64,000 nt of DNA from Solirubrobacterales bacterium. Its GTDB lineage: Bacteria; Actinomycetota; Thermoleophilia; Solirubrobacterales; 70-9. The notes below the pieces were generated by a model. It was given only the letters and a program-made list of their open reading frames with translations, did not search any database and was not told the origin of the DNA. The DNA is taken from contig DASSHE010000015.1 of assembly GCA_035693065.1 (NCBI GenBank), positions 18,814-82,813 of the forward strand, written 5' to 3'. Position numbers and translations under genes: made by a program. The stretch's first letter is position 1. Every line of letters begins with the position of its first letter. Below are positions 51,137 to 61,190 of the stretch, in pieces.

Positions 51137-52605
51137 TGAGGGACCTGCCGACGCGCTCTCGGCACTTTGCCCGGCGCCTGCTGCACCCCCGATCCTGGCC
51201 GGTGCGCTGGCGACTGGCCGCGGTCTCCTCGGGGCTGACCCTCGCGATCCTGGTCCTGTTCGGCGGTGCGATCGGCAAGATCGCCACCCAGCGCATCCGC
51301 GATGACTTCAACAACGAGGTTCGCAGCGCGGTCCAGATCCTCGCCAGCGAAACGAAGATCGAATACGGCCTCGTCGGCCCTGGCAACATCACCCGTGGAC
51401 CGCAGCTGGATACCTTCGCCCTCCCCGACGACGCGGTGGTTCGGGTCTACGACGTCCGCGGCAACCTGATCGCCCAGACCGAAGGCGCGCCCTGGATGGG
51501 GCGCGTCCAGGCCGGGGTCAGGGACTTCCACGGCTTGAGGGTCGCAACCGAACGGATCCCCGGCGAAAACGGGGAAACCCGAGGTGTGGTCCAGTACGGG
51601 CGGAGCCTGCGCCGGGTGGAGGACACGGTCGACCGCGTCTGGCTGCTGATCGCCGCCGGCATCTTCGGCGGCACCCTGCTCGCCGTCTTTGCCGGGGTCG
51701 CGATCGCCGGGCGGGCGATGCGGCCGATCGGCTCGCTGACCGCGACCGCGCGGGAGATCGCCACCACCCGCGACCCTTCGCTGAAGATGCCTAAGCCGGT
51801 CGCCGACGACGAGGTCGGCGAACTGACCCAGACCCTGGAAGAGATGCTCCGTTCGCTCGACGCCGCCCGGACCGAACGCGAGGGCGTGATGCAGAAGCAG
51901 CGCGAGTTCGTCGCCGACGCCTCGCACGAGCTGCGGACGCCGCTGACCAGCGTCCTCGCCAACCTCGAGCTGCTGCAAGCGGCGCTGAAGGGCGCCGAGC
52001 AGGCCGAGGACCGCGAAGTCGTCGATTCGGCCCTGCGCTCCTCGCGCCGGATGGGCCGCCTGATCGGCGACCTGCTGTTGCTGGCCAAGGCCGACGCCGG
52101 GCGGCTGTCGGCGCACCACCGCTGCGACCTGGCCGAGATCGCCGGCGAGGCCGCCGCCGAGGCGGCGCCGCTGATGGGCGAGCGCGAGCTCGTGATCGAG
52201 AACGACCGGCCGCTGTGGGTCGAGGGCAGCCGCGACGAGCTGCACCGGATGGTCCTCAACCTGCTCGACAACGCGATCCGCCATACGCCGAGCGACGCCT
52301 GCATCGAACTCGTCACGCGCGAAGAGAGGGGCGACGCCGTGGTCGAAGTCGGCGACAACGGCCCCGGCATCCCGGCGCCGATGCGGAAGCAGGTCTTCGA
52401 CCGTTTCGTCCGCGGTCAGGGTCCCGCCGACACCGCCCGCGGCACCGGCACCGGCCTCGGCTTGGCGATCGTCAGCGCCGTCGCCGAATCCCACGGCGGC
52501 AGTGTCGTCGCCGACGAATCGAACTCCGGCGGCGCCCTCTTCGTCGCCCGCATCCCCCTCGCCAGCGGCTCGAAACCGACCGGAAAACCTTTAGAGGCGC
52601 TTTAG
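51133..52605 (+). CDS. sensor histidine kinase (HAMP-HisKA-HATPase_c)
   Basis: Two TMs. H-box is SHELRTPLT. N/G boxes are LLDNAIRHT, DNGPGI and GTGLGLAIV. The GTG overlaps the regulator stop. Confidence 0.9.
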   Translation: MMRDLPTRSRHFARRLLHPRSWPVRWRLAAVSSGLTLAILVLFGGAIGKIATQRIRDDFNNEVRSAVQILASETKIEYGLVGPGNITRGPQLDTFALPDDAVVRVYDVRGNLIAQTEGAPWMGRVQAGVRDFHGLRVATERIPGENGETRGVVQYGRSLRRVEDTVDRVWLLIAAGIFGGTLLAVFAGVAIAGRAMRPIGSLTATAREIATTRDPSLKMPKPVADDEVGELTQTLEEMLRSLDAARTEREGVMQKQREFVADASHELRTPLTSVLANLELLQAALKGAEQAEDREVVDSALRSSRRMGRLIGDLLLLAKADAGRLSAHHRCDLAEIAGEAAAEAAPLMGERELVIENDRPLWVEGSRDELHRMVLNLLDNAIRHTPSDACIELVTREERGDAVVEVGDNGPGIPAPMRKQVFDRFVRGQGPADTARGTGTGLGLAIVSAVAESHGGSVVADESNSGGALFVARIPLASGSKPTGKPLEAL

Positions 52606-52643
52606 GACCCAGTCCTAGATTTGCCCGTGGACGAGACACACTG

Positions 52644-52686
52644 GCCCGCCCGGGTTCTCCCCAGACACTACCCGGGCGGGCTTTTT
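52644..52686 (+). terminator. intrinsic terminator of the two-component operon
   Basis: GCCCGCCCGGG (52644-52654) pairs with CCCGGGCGGGC (52671-52681). TTTTT follows at 52682-52686. Confidence 0.7.
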
Positions 52687-52696
52687 CTATTGGCTC

Positions 52697-52879
52697 GTAT
52701 TTCGGGGCGTTGAGGGGAGGGTGTCTATACCCCTCCTCCGGAATTGACCTCCCCTTCGCTTCGCTTCGGGGAGAGTCTGGAGCGCGGGCTGCGCCCGCGC
52801 AAGAACCAGATTGCATATCGCCGAACATTCCTGCGGAGGGGTATAGACACCCTCCCACCAGGCGAGCTCCGAAATACGC
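52697..52879. repeat. ~183-bp element with ~45-nt imperfect terminal inverted repeats (MITE-like or small structured RNA)
   Basis: Left arm CGTATTTCGG...GGAGGGTGTCTATACCCCTCC (52697-52736) pairs with right arm GGAGGGGTATAGACACCCTCC...CCGAAATACG (52836-52879). The interior has hairpins CTCCCCttcgcttcgcttcGGGGAG and GCGCGGGctGCGCCCGCGC. GC is lower than the surroundings. Confidence 0.55.
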
Positions 52880-52998
52880 CCAAGGCACGAAAGCTCTCCC
52901 CCCACAAGGTGCGAAAGCTTCAACCGCCAAGGGCCGAGTGGCTCTTGGGCTAGTAGCTCCCGCACCGTGGTCGGAGCTGGAGGCGCAAGCCGTCTCTC

Positions 52999-53157
52999 GG
53001 CGTAGTTCGCTGACTGTCGTGGGGGAGCCGGGGGACGCTCTTCACGTTTTGCGCCGCTGGCCCAACCCCAATCTCGGGAGGCCGTGACCGATCCAGCCAG
53101 GTAGGCGAGTGAAGAGCGTCCACCGACTCCCGTACCGACAACCGCCCGAACTACGCC
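52999..53157. repeat. ~159-nt long imperfect hairpin abutting the rnj stop codon
   Basis: GGCGTAGTTCG (52999-53009) pairs with CGAACTACGCC (53147-53157). GGACGCTCTTCAC (53033-53045) pairs with GTGAAGAGCGTCC (53109-53121). The intervening arm segments pair imperfectly. Confidence 0.5.
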
Positions 53158-53159
53158 CC

Positions 53160-54815
53160 TCAGACCTCGATCACGACCGGCAGCACCATCGGCCGGCGCC
53201 GCAGACGCTGCCAGACGAATTTGCCGATCGCCTCATGCAAATCTTCCTCGATCAAATGCGTCTCCCGGTTCTTGACGCCGTCGAGCTCGTCTTCGACCAG
53301 GTCCTTGAGGTCCTCGACCACGCCGTCGGCCTCCTCGACGAAGGCGACGCCGCGGAAGATCACCTCCGGGTCGGCGACCAGAGTGCCATCGTCGCCGGAA
53401 ACCGTGACGACGACGATGAAGATGCCGTCGGCGGAGATTTCGCGGCGGTCGCGTAGGGCCGCCTCGTCGGGCTCGCCGATGTTGACCCCGTCGACGTAGA
53501 TGACGCCGGCGTGGATGTCCTCGCCGAAACGAGCGCCCTTCGCGTCGATCTCCAGCGGCAGCCCGTTGCGGCCCTGGAAGATGTGGTCGGAGTCGACGCC
53601 GACCGCTTCCGCCAGCTCGGCATGGAGCCGCAGCCGCTTGTGGTCGCCGTGGACCGGCAGCACGTAGCGGGGTTTGGTCAGGTTCAGCATCAGCTTCAGC
53701 TCCTCCTGCCAGCCGTGGCCGGAGGCGTGGATCGGCGCGTCTTTGGCGGTGATCACGCTTGCCCCGATCTCGTAGATGCGGTCGATCGTCTCGTTGACGG
53801 CGCGCTCGTTGCCAGGCACCGGGGTCGCCGAGAAGACGACGGTGTCGCCCGAGTGAAGCTGCACGTCGCGGTGGTCGTTGTTGGCCATCCGCCGCAGCGC
53901 CGAGAGCGGCTCGCCCTGGCTGCCGGTCGAGATCACCACGACCTTCTCGTCGGGAAAGTCCTCGATCTCGCGCGGCTGGATGAAGATTCCCTGCGGCGCT
54001 TTCGCGATCCCCAGGTTGGAGGCGATGTTGAAGTTCTTCCGCATCGAACGGCCGACCAGCGCCACTTTGCGGTCGAGCCGCTCGGCGGCGTCGATCACCT
54101 GCTGGACGCGGTGGATGTTGGAGGCAAAGGAGGTGACGATAATCCGCCCCTTGCAGCGGGAGAACTGCTCCAGCAGCGCCGGGCCGACCGCCGACTCCGA
54201 GGGAGCCACTCCCGGCCGGTCGGCGTTGGTCGAGTCGCCGCAGAGCAGGGTCAGGCCTTCCTGGCCAAGTGCGGCCAGGCGCGAGACGTCGGCTGGGCGG
54301 CCGTCGACCGGGGTCTGGTCGAACTTGTAGTCGCCGGTCATCAGCACCGAGCCGACCTCGGTGGTGAGGAGGACGCCGCGCATGTCGGGGATCGAGTGGG
54401 CGAGGTGGATCAGCTCGATCTCAAAGGGACCGTGCTTGACCTTCTCTCCCGGCGGCAGCTCCTGCAGCGGCGCCGACTCGCCGAGCTTGTGCTCGTCGAG
54501 CTTGGAGCGGACCATCCCGATCGTCAACAGGCCGCCGTAGATCTTCGGCGGCATGCCGATCTCTTTGAGGACGTAGGGCAGGGCGCCGACATGGTCCTCG
54601 TGCCCGTGGGTGAGGACGATCGCCTCGATGTCGTCGGCGCGGTCGCGCAGGTAGGTGAAGTCGGGCAGGACGAGGTCGACCCCGTGCATCTCGGCGGTCG
54701 GGAACATCAGGCCGGTGTCGACGACGATGATGCGACCGTCGCACTCGATCACGGTCATGTTCTTGCCGATCTCGCCGAGACCGCCCAGGGGCAGCACTCG
54801 CAGTTTGCTTGGCAC
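53160..54815 (-). CDS. rnj: ribonuclease J
   Basis: Beta-CASP metallo-beta-lactamase with THGHEDHVGALP. Full length is 551 aa. Confidence 0.9.
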   Translation of the reverse strand: MPSKLRVLPLGGLGEIGKNMTVIECDGRIIVVDTGLMFPTAEMHGVDLVLPDFTYLRDRADDIEAIVLTHGHEDHVGALPYVLKEIGMPPKIYGGLLTIGMVRSKLDEHKLGESAPLQELPPGEKVKHGPFEIELIHLAHSIPDMRGVLLTTEVGSVLMTGDYKFDQTPVDGRPADVSRLAALGQEGLTLLCGDSTNADRPGVAPSESAVGPALLEQFSRCKGRIIVTSFASNIHRVQQVIDAAERLDRKVALVGRSMRKNFNIASNLGIAKAPQGIFIQPREIEDFPDEKVVVISTGSQGEPLSALRRMANNDHRDVQLHSGDTVVFSATPVPGNERAVNETIDRIYEIGASVITAKDAPIHASGHGWQEELKLMLNLTKPRYVLPVHGDHKRLRLHAELAEAVGVDSDHIFQGRNGLPLEIDAKGARFGEDIHAGVIYVDGVNIGEPDEAALRDRREISADGIFIVVVTVSGDDGTLVADPEVIFRGVAFVEEADGVVEDLKDLVEDELDGVKNRETHLIEEDLHEAIGKFVWQRLRRRPMVLPVVIEV

Positions 54816-54846
54816 TTAGTTACTCACTCTCTTCGAAGTTGGGTGT

Positions 54847-55740
54847 TTAGCTGGGGACCGCGACGCCGGCGGCATCGAGTCCCGCCCTGATGGCGGCTCG
54901 TTGCTCGGCGTCGGCGGATACCAGGGGAAGTCTCAGTCGGTCCGCGCAAAGGCCGAGCATCTCCAGGGCGGCCTTCAAGGGAATCGGGTTGGTGGTGACG
55001 GCCAGGGCCTTGTAGACCGGCTGCAGCTTGGCGTCGATCTCGCGGGCGCGATCGAGGTCGGCCGCCTGGGCGGCCTCCCACATCTCGCGCATGCCGTCGC
55101 CGACCACGTGGGAGGCAACGAGAACGCCACCGGCACCGCCGAATTCAAGCGTGCGCAGGTACGTCTCGTTGTCGCCGGCGAGGACGTCCAAGCCATCGAT
55201 CGGCCCCAGTTCATCGGGGTTGGCCTGCTTGACGGCAACGATGTTGTCGATCTCGCCGAGCTCGCGCAGCAGCTCGGGGTCGGCGTTGACGATCACTCGC
55301 GAGGGGATGTTGTACATCACCATCGGCAGCTCCGGCTCGGCTGCGGCGACGGCTTCGAAGTGGGCCTTGATCCCCGCCCGGTTGGGCTTGTTGTAGTACG
55401 GGACGACGACCAGCGACGCGTCGGCTCCGGCCTCGGCGGCCATCTTGGTCAGCTCGCAGGAATGGCGGGTGTCGTTGGTCCCGGTGCCGCAGATCAGCAA
55501 GGCGCTCTCCCCCGCCTCCTTGCGCACCGCTTCCAGCAGCTCGATCTCCTCGCCGTCGGTCAGGGTCGGGCACTCACCGGTGGTCCCGGCGATCACCAGT
55601 CCATGCGAGCCGTGTTCGAGCAGATACGCGGCAAGCCGCCGCGCCCCGTCGAGGTCGACCGCCCCGCTCTCGCCGAACGGGGTCGCCATGGCCGTCAGCA
55701 CGCCCTTGATCTCCTTCATTGCTCCAGGGTATCCCGTCAT
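54847..55740 (-). CDS. dapA: 4-hydroxy-tetrahydrodipicolinate synthase
   Basis: TAMATPF, GTTGE, YNIPSR and VAVKQA motifs are present. The start may be the internal MKEIKG. Confidence 0.9.
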   Translation of the reverse strand: MTGYPGAMKEIKGVLTAMATPFGESGAVDLDGARRLAAYLLEHGSHGLVIAGTTGECPTLTDGEEIELLEAVRKEAGESALLICGTGTNDTRHSCELTKMAAEAGADASLVVVPYYNKPNRAGIKAHFEAVAAAEPELPMVMYNIPSRVIVNADPELLRELGEIDNIVAVKQANPDELGPIDGLDVLAGDNETYLRTLEFGGAGGVLVASHVVGDGMREMWEAAQAADLDRAREIDAKLQPVYKALAVTTNPIPLKAALEMLGLCADRLRLPLVSADAEQRAAIRAGLDAAGVAVPS

Positions 55741-55755
55741 GCGGCAGCTCGGTTG

Positions 55756-56421
55756 CTAAAGCAGCTTCTCGAGGCCGACGGTGAAGCGATCGGGCAGATC
55801 TGCCACGCGGCGGCAGGCCAGGACCACGCCGGGCATGAAGGAGTGGCGGTCGATCGAGTCGTGGCGGATCGAGAGGGTCTGGCCGACGCCGCCGAAGATC
55901 ACTTCCTGATGGGCGACGAGGCCGGGCAGGCGGACCGAGTGGATCGGCTGGTGGACGTTGCCCCCAGCGGCGTCGATCAGCTCCTGGGTCCGCTTCGCCG
56001 TCCCCGAGGGGGCGTCGAGCTTGCGGTCGTGGTGGAGCTCGACGATCTCGCACTCGGGCATGTGCCTGGCGATCGTCTGCGAGACCTCCATCAGCAGCAC
56101 CGCCCCGATCGCGAAGTTGGGCGCGACGAAGCAGTTCGCCCGCGAGGCCTCGGCCGCCGCGCGGGCGGCCTCGAGATCGAAGCCGGTGGTGCCGACCACG
56201 GCGTGGACGCCGGCGGCGAGGCAGGCTTCGACGTTCGCCAGGGCCGTGTCGGGAACGGTGAAGTCGACGACCACGTCGGCCCCGGGCAGCACCTCGGCGA
56301 GCTCCACCCCGAGGGCGGGGTCGGCCCGGCCGGTCAGCTCCAGGCCCTCGGCCCCCTCGACCGCCTCGCAGACGGCCTGCCCCATTTTCCCGGCGGCGCC
56401 GGCGACGGCGACGCGGGTCAT
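55756..56421 (-). CDS. dapB: 4-hydroxy-tetrahydrodipicolinate reductase
   Basis: ATG at 56421 (ATGA overlap with the upstream stop). VAVAGAAGKMG, VVGTTGF, ELHHDRKLDAPSGTA. Confidence 0.85.
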   Translation of the reverse strand: MTRVAVAGAAGKMGQAVCEAVEGAEGLELTGRADPALGVELAEVLPGADVVVDFTVPDTALANVEACLAAGVHAVVGTTGFDLEAARAAAEASRANCFVAPNFAIGAVLLMEVSQTIARHMPECEIVELHHDRKLDAPSGTAKRTQELIDAAGGNVHQPIHSVRLPGLVAHQEVIFGGVGQTLSIRHDSIDRHSFMPGVVLACRRVADLPDRFTVGLEKLL

Positions 56422-57689
56422 GCGGCGACCAGGGCCTCGGAGACCGGGCTCAGCGCCTCGCGGAAGCGGCTCTCCTCGGCGCCGACGCAGGCGGCCGAGA
56501 GCCGGTCCGCCGCGTAGAGCTCGGCGGCCAGGCGGGTCAGGTCGTCGACCTCGACGGCGTCGACCTTCGCCAGCATCTCGTCGAGGCTTTCGATCGGCAG
56601 CCCGAAGAGGGTCGCGCGGGAGATCCGCGTCATCCGCGCCGCGGTCGACTCCGAGGAGAGGACGAGGCGCCCCTTGACGCTCTCCTTGGCCCGGGTCAGC
56701 TCCTCCGCGGAGACCGGCTCGGAGCGCAGCCGCGCCATCTCGGCGCCGATGATCGAGCACGCCTCCTCGACGTTCTCGGCGCGGGTGCCGACGTAGGTGG
56801 CAACCAGCCCCTGGTCGGTGAACTGCTCGTTGTAGGAGCCGACCGAGTAGGCGAGGCCGCGCTTCTCACGAACCTCGCGGAAGAGCCGCGAGGAGGTCGA
56901 GCCGCCGAAGATCGCGTCGAGGACGGCCAGCGCGTAGCGGCGCTCGTCCTCGCGGCGCAGGCCCGGCGCCCCGAAGCAGATGTGGTACTGCTCGGTCTCC
57001 TTGGGAAGGAAGCAGAGGCGGGCGCCGCCATCGAGCTCGGTAGCCGGCGCCACTCCCCCGCCCTCCGTCGGCGGGCTGACCAGCCGCTGCGCCATCTCGA
57101 CGATGCGGTCGTGGTCGAGGTGGCCGGCGGCGCCGACGACGATCTCCGGGGCCGCGTAGCGGCCGCTGCGGTATGCCTCGATGTCGGGCACCGGAATCGA
57201 GGCGATGACCTCCGGTTCGCCGAGGACCCGGCGCCCCAGCGGGTGCTCGCCGAACACGGCCTCCGCGAGGACGTCGTGGACCCGGTCCTGGGGCTCGTCG
57301 TCGTACATCGCGATCTCCTCCAGCACCACCTGGCGCTCGGAGTCGATTTCGGGATAGGTCGGCGCCAGCAACATTTCCGCCAGCAGGGCGAAGACGTCCT
57401 CGGTGTGCTCGTCGAGGAAGCGGGCGTGCAGGTGGGTGGTCTCCTTGCCGGTGGCGGCGTTGACCGAGGCACCGAGCCCGTCGAAGCGCTCGGAGATCTC
57501 GATCGCCGAGTACTTCGCGGTGCCCTTGAAGAGCAGGTGCTCGAGGAAATGGGAGACCCCGGCCTGTGCCGGGGTCTCGTTCCTGGATCCGGTCCGGACC
57601 CAGAGGCCGAGCGCGACGGACCGGACCGAGGGAACCTCCTCGGTCACGACCCGCACGCCCGAGTCCAGGGTGGTGAGCCTGGCGCTCAA
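56418..57689 (-). CDS. M16-family zinc peptidase (pitrilysin-like)
   Basis: TTG at 57689, 1 nt after the pnp stop. The inverted zinc motif is HFLEHLLFKGT. The conserved pnp-M16-dapB order is present. Confidence 0.8.
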   Translation of the reverse strand: MSARLTTLDSGVRVVTEEVPSVRSVALGLWVRTGSRNETPAQAGVSHFLEHLLFKGTAKYSAIEISERFDGLGASVNAATGKETTHLHARFLDEHTEDVFALLAEMLLAPTYPEIDSERQVVLEEIAMYDDEPQDRVHDVLAEAVFGEHPLGRRVLGEPEVIASIPVPDIEAYRSGRYAAPEIVVGAAGHLDHDRIVEMAQRLVSPPTEGGGVAPATELDGGARLCFLPKETEQYHICFGAPGLRREDERRYALAVLDAIFGGSTSSRLFREVREKRGLAYSVGSYNEQFTDQGLVATYVGTRAENVEEACSIIGAEMARLRSEPVSAEELTRAKESVKGRLVLSSESTAARMTRISRATLFGLPIESLDEMLAKVDAVEVDDLTRLAAELYAADRLSAACVGAEESRFREALSPVSEALVAA

Positions 57690-57690
57690 C

Positions 57691-59928
57691 CTAGCCGCGC
57701 CGCTCGCGTTCACGGCCACGCCCGCGGTCGCGTCCACCGCGACCGCCGCGGTCGCCGCCGTTGCGGCGGCCACCGTCGCCCGAGCCGACCGAGGCCAGCT
57801 CCTCAGGCGATTTACCGGCGACCGAGGGGTCGTCGGAGAGGCGCAGGCCGATCCGGCCGCGCTCCTTGTCGACCTCGACCACGGTGACGTCGATCTGGTC
57901 ACCGGCGCTGAGGACGTCGTCGACCGAGTCGACCCGCTCGCCCGGCTTCACGTTGGAGATGTGAAGCAGGCCGTCGGTGCCCTTGACCAGCTCGACGAAG
58001 GCGCCGAAGGTCGTCGTCTTGACGACTTTGGCGGCGTCGTAGCGATCGCCGATTTCGGCCTCCTTGGTCATCGAGTTGATGCGGGCGACGCAGCCGTCGA
58101 CGAGATCGCCGGTCGGCGCGTAGATCCGCACCGTGCCGTCGTCCTCGACGTCGATTTCGGCTTCGAACTCCTCGCACAGGGCGCGGATCGTTTCGCCGCC
58201 TTTGCCGATGACCGCCCCGATCTTCTCCGGGTCGATCTTGATCGACTCGATCGCCGGCGCGTGCTGGGAGAGCTTCTCCCGCGGCCCGTCGATCGCCTCG
58301 GCCATCTTGCCGAGGATGAACTGGCGGCCCTTCAGCGCCTGCTCCAGCGCGTCCTCGAGGATCTCGAAGGTGACGCCGGTGATCTTGATGTCCATCTGCA
58401 GGGCGGTGATCCCGTCCTTGGTGCCGGCAACCTTGAAGTCCATGTCGCCGAGGTGGTCCTCGACGCCGGCGATGTCGGTGAGGACGATGTAGTCGTCGCC
58501 CTCCTTGATCAGCCCCATCGCGACGCCGGCGACCGGTGCGGTGACCGGGACGCCCGCGGCCTGCAGGGCCATCGAGGAGGCGCAGACCGAGCCCATCGAG
58601 GAGGACCCGTTCGACTCGAGCGTCTCGGAGACCGCGCGGATCACGTACGGGAAGGACTCTTCGTCGGGGATCGTCGCGACCAGGGCGCGCTCGGCGAGGG
58701 CGCCGTGACCGATGTCACGCCGCTTCGGGCCGCGCATGAAGCCCGCCTCCCCGACCGAGAAGGGCGGGAAGTTGTAGTGGTGGAAGAACCGTTTGGTCGT
58801 CTGCAGCCCGAGCGTGTCGAGGCGCATGTCCATCCGCGTCGTCCCGAGGGCGACGTTGGAGAGGATCTGCGTCTCGCCGCGGGTGAAGAGCGCCGAGCCG
58901 TGGACGCGCGGGGAGATGTCGACCTCGCACTCGATCGGCCGGATCTCGTCCTGGGCGCGGCCGTCGGGGCGCTTCTTGTCAACGGCGATCGCCTTGCGGA
59001 TCGTGTCCTTCTCGATCGAGGCGAAGGCGGCCTTGACTTCGGCCACGCGGGCGTCGTCGATCTCGCCCTCCTCGTGGGCCGCGGCGTAATGGCCGACGAC
59101 CTCGTCCTTGACCTTGTCGATCGCCTCGTAGCGCTCGAGCTTGCCCTCGGTGGCGATCGCGTCGACCAGCGCCTGGCCGTGGGAGCCGCGGATGTCGGCG
59201 ATCAGCTTCTCGTCGATCTTCGGCGCCTCGACCTCGATCTTCTCTTTGCCGGCCTTCTGCTGCAGTTCCTCCATCGCCGCGCAGAGCTTCTTGATCTCGC
59301 CGTGGGCGATGTCGAGCGCGTCGAGGATCTCGGCCTCGGTGACGCCGTCGGCGCCGGCCTCGACCATCAGGATCGCCTCGTCGGTGCCGGCGACGATCAG
59401 GTCGAGCTCCAGCTCCTCGTGGCGGTCCTCAGGCGGGTTGATGACGAAGTCGCCCTCGAGTTTGCCGATGCGGACAGCGCCGACGTGGGTGGCGACCGGG
59501 ACCTCGGAGATCGCCAGCGCCGCCGAGGCGCCGTTCATCGCGAGGATGTCGTAGGGGTGCTCGTGGTCGACCGACAGCGGCATCGCGACCAACTGGGTCT
59601 CGTAGTGCCAGCCCTTGGGGAAGAGCGGGCGGATCGGTCGGTCGATCATGCGCGCGGTCAGCGTCGCCTTCTCGCCCGATTTGCCCTCGCGACGGAAGAA
59701 CGAGCCCGGGATCTTGCCCGCGGCGTACATCCGCTCCTCGACGTCGACGGTGAGGGGAAGGAAATCCACGTCGCGCAGGCTGCCGACGGTGGCGGTGCAA
59801 AGGACCATGGTGTCGCCGGCCTGGACTACGACCGCGCCACCCGCCTGCTTCGCGAGTTTTCCGGTCTCGAAGGAAATCTGGCTGTCGCCGATATCCGCCG
59901 AGACGCGGGTTACGTCAAACATGCTCAT
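57691..59928 (-). CDS. pnp: polyribonucleotide nucleotidyltransferase (PNPase)
   Basis: Two RNase PH domains plus KH and S1 ([21 protein letters not shown]). An Arg/Gly-rich tail follows. 745 aa. Confidence 0.95.
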   Translation of the reverse strand: MSMFDVTRVSADIGDSQISFETGKLAKQAGGAVVVQAGDTMVLCTATVGSLRDVDFLPLTVDVEERMYAAGKIPGSFFRREGKSGEKATLTARMIDRPIRPLFPKGWHYETQLVAMPLSVDHEHPYDILAMNGASAALAISEVPVATHVGAVRIGKLEGDFVINPPEDRHEELELDLIVAGTDEAILMVEAGADGVTEAEILDALDIAHGEIKKLCAAMEELQQKAGKEKIEVEAPKIDEKLIADIRGSHGQALVDAIATEGKLERYEAIDKVKDEVVGHYAAAHEEGEIDDARVAEVKAAFASIEKDTIRKAIAVDKKRPDGRAQDEIRPIECEVDISPRVHGSALFTRGETQILSNVALGTTRMDMRLDTLGLQTTKRFFHHYNFPPFSVGEAGFMRGPKRRDIGHGALAERALVATIPDEESFPYVIRAVSETLESNGSSSMGSVCASSMALQAAGVPVTAPVAGVAMGLIKEGDDYIVLTDIAGVEDHLGDMDFKVAGTKDGITALQMDIKITGVTFEILEDALEQALKGRQFILGKMAEAIDGPREKLSQHAPAIESIKIDPEKIGAVIGKGGETIRALCEEFEAEIDVEDDGTVRIYAPTGDLVDGCVARINSMTKEAEIGDRYDAAKVVKTTTFGAFVELVKGTDGLLHISNVKPGERVDSVDDVLSAGDQIDVTVVEVDKERGRIGLRLSDDPSVAGKSPEELASVGSGDGGRRNGGDRGGRGGRDRGRGRERERRG

Positions 59929-59970
59929 TTAGTTGTTACCTCCGGCCGTCCGGATGACGGCCCTCTCGTT

Positions 59971-60450
59971 TCAGAACTCTCGTTCTCTAACTGAGGAAAG
60001 GGTACAGGCATCGAAAACCGCTGGAGTGCCCGTGACCCCGGCGCGGATCCCGGATTGGAAATCCCGCCGCACCCGGGCCTCCACCTCAGGCGTGCGCCGG
60101 TCCGCCTCGAAACGGTCGAGATCGAGGCCGAGGCGCTCCACCCGCTCCCAGAGATGGGGGTCGTCGACGCGGCCGCGGTCGCCGTAGAGGGAGTCGACCA
60201 TCTCGAAGAAGCGGCCCTGGCGCCCGGCCGCCTCGGCGGCGGCGTGCAGGGCAGGTGCCCGGGGATGCTTGCTGGCGACCGGGAAGTGGCGGAAGGCAAC
60301 GCGCCGATGGCGCTCGTTGATCCGCCCCCACTCGCCGGCGCAGTGGGGGCAGCCGAGGTCGGCGTAGACGATCACGCCCCCCTCCCCCGCGCCGCGGACG
60401 TGGTCCTCGGGCCCCAGCGGCGGAATCGGGGCGCTGGTGAGGTCGCTCAC
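59971..60450 (-). CDS. DsbA-like thioredoxin-fold protein
   Basis: YADLGCPHCAGEW is the CxxC active site. The GTG start overlaps the peroxiredoxin stop (GTGA). Confidence 0.75.
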   Translation of the reverse strand: MSDLTSAPIPPLGPEDHVRGAGEGGVIVYADLGCPHCAGEWGRINERHRRVAFRHFPVASKHPRAPALHAAAEAAGRQGRFFEMVDSLYGDRGRVDDPHLWERVERLGLDLDRFEADRRTPEVEARVRRDFQSGIRAGVTGTPAVFDACTLSSVREREF

Positions 60451-60896
60451 GCCAGGGCGTCGAAGATCACGTTGGCGCCTGGGAACTCGCCCGGGTTGGG
60501 CGATTCGTAGGTCCAGGCGACGGTGCCGTCCTCGTCGACGAGGACGAGCGTGCGGTTGGCAAAGCCCATCTTCTCGACGTAGGAGCCGTAGGCCCGGGCC
60601 ACCGCGCCCTTCGGCTCGAAGTCCGAGAGCAGCGTGGTGTCGATGCCGAGCTTTTCCTGAAAGGCCTTGTGGGCGAAGAAGCCGTCGACGCTGACGCCGA
60701 CCAGCTCGACCCCGTTCGCGGTCAGCTCGGGCTTGACCTCCTGGTAGATCGAGAGCTGGTCCGAGCAGACCGGGCTGAAATCGCCGGGATAGAAGACGAG
60801 GAGGACCTTGCGGCCCCGGTAGTCGGAGAGGGCGGTCCGCTCACCGTCCTGGTTGAGGAGGGTGAAGTCGGGGGCTCGCTCCCCGACAGCGATCAT
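60447..60896 (-). CDS. peroxiredoxin (AhpC/TSA family, AhpE-like)
   Basis: [13 protein letters not shown] carries the peroxidatic Cys. The ATG overlaps the rpsO stop (ATGA at 60893-60896). Confidence 0.85.
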   Translation of the reverse strand: MIAVGERAPDFTLLNQDGERTALSDYRGRKVLLVFYPGDFSPVCSDQLSIYQEVKPELTANGVELVGVSVDGFFAHKAFQEKLGIDTTLLSDFEPKGAVARAYGSYVEKMGFANRTLVLVDEDGTVAWTYESPNPGEFPGANVIFDALA

Positions 60897-61162
60897 CGCC
60901 GCAGGCCGAGCTCTTTGACGAGAGCGCGGTAGCGCTCGAGGTCGGTCCGTTCGAGGTAGCGCAGCATCCGCCGCCGCTTGCCGACCAGCATCAGCAGCCC
61001 GCGGCGCGAATGGTGGTCTTTGGCGTGCTCGCGCAGGTGCCCCGTGAGCTCGTTGATCCGCTCGGTCAGCAGGGCGATCTGGACCTCGGCGGACCCGGTG
61101 TCCCCGTCGGCCCGGCCGTACTTGCCGATCAGCTCGTTCTTTTTCTCTTTGGTCAGGCTCAT
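60893..61162 (-). CDS. rpsO: 30S ribosomal protein S15
   Basis: Internal ATG at 61162: [17 protein letters not shown]...[43 protein letters not shown]. 89 aa. Confidence 0.9.
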   Translation of the reverse strand: MSLTKEKKNELIGKYGRADGDTGSAEVQIALLTERINELTGHLREHAKDHHSRRGLLMLVGKRRRMLRYLERTDLERYRALVKELGLRR

Positions 61163-61190
61163 CTCGTAAAAAAGCCGCGCACCCGGGGGG

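Noticed and set aside
52744-52953. ORFs in the 52.6-53.16 kb spacer: 52744..52953 (+), 52687..52965 (-), 52472..52930 (-).
   Set aside because: They are Arg-rich, they overlap the inverted-repeat elements and each other, and they lie between convergent genes after a clear terminator. More likely non-coding.
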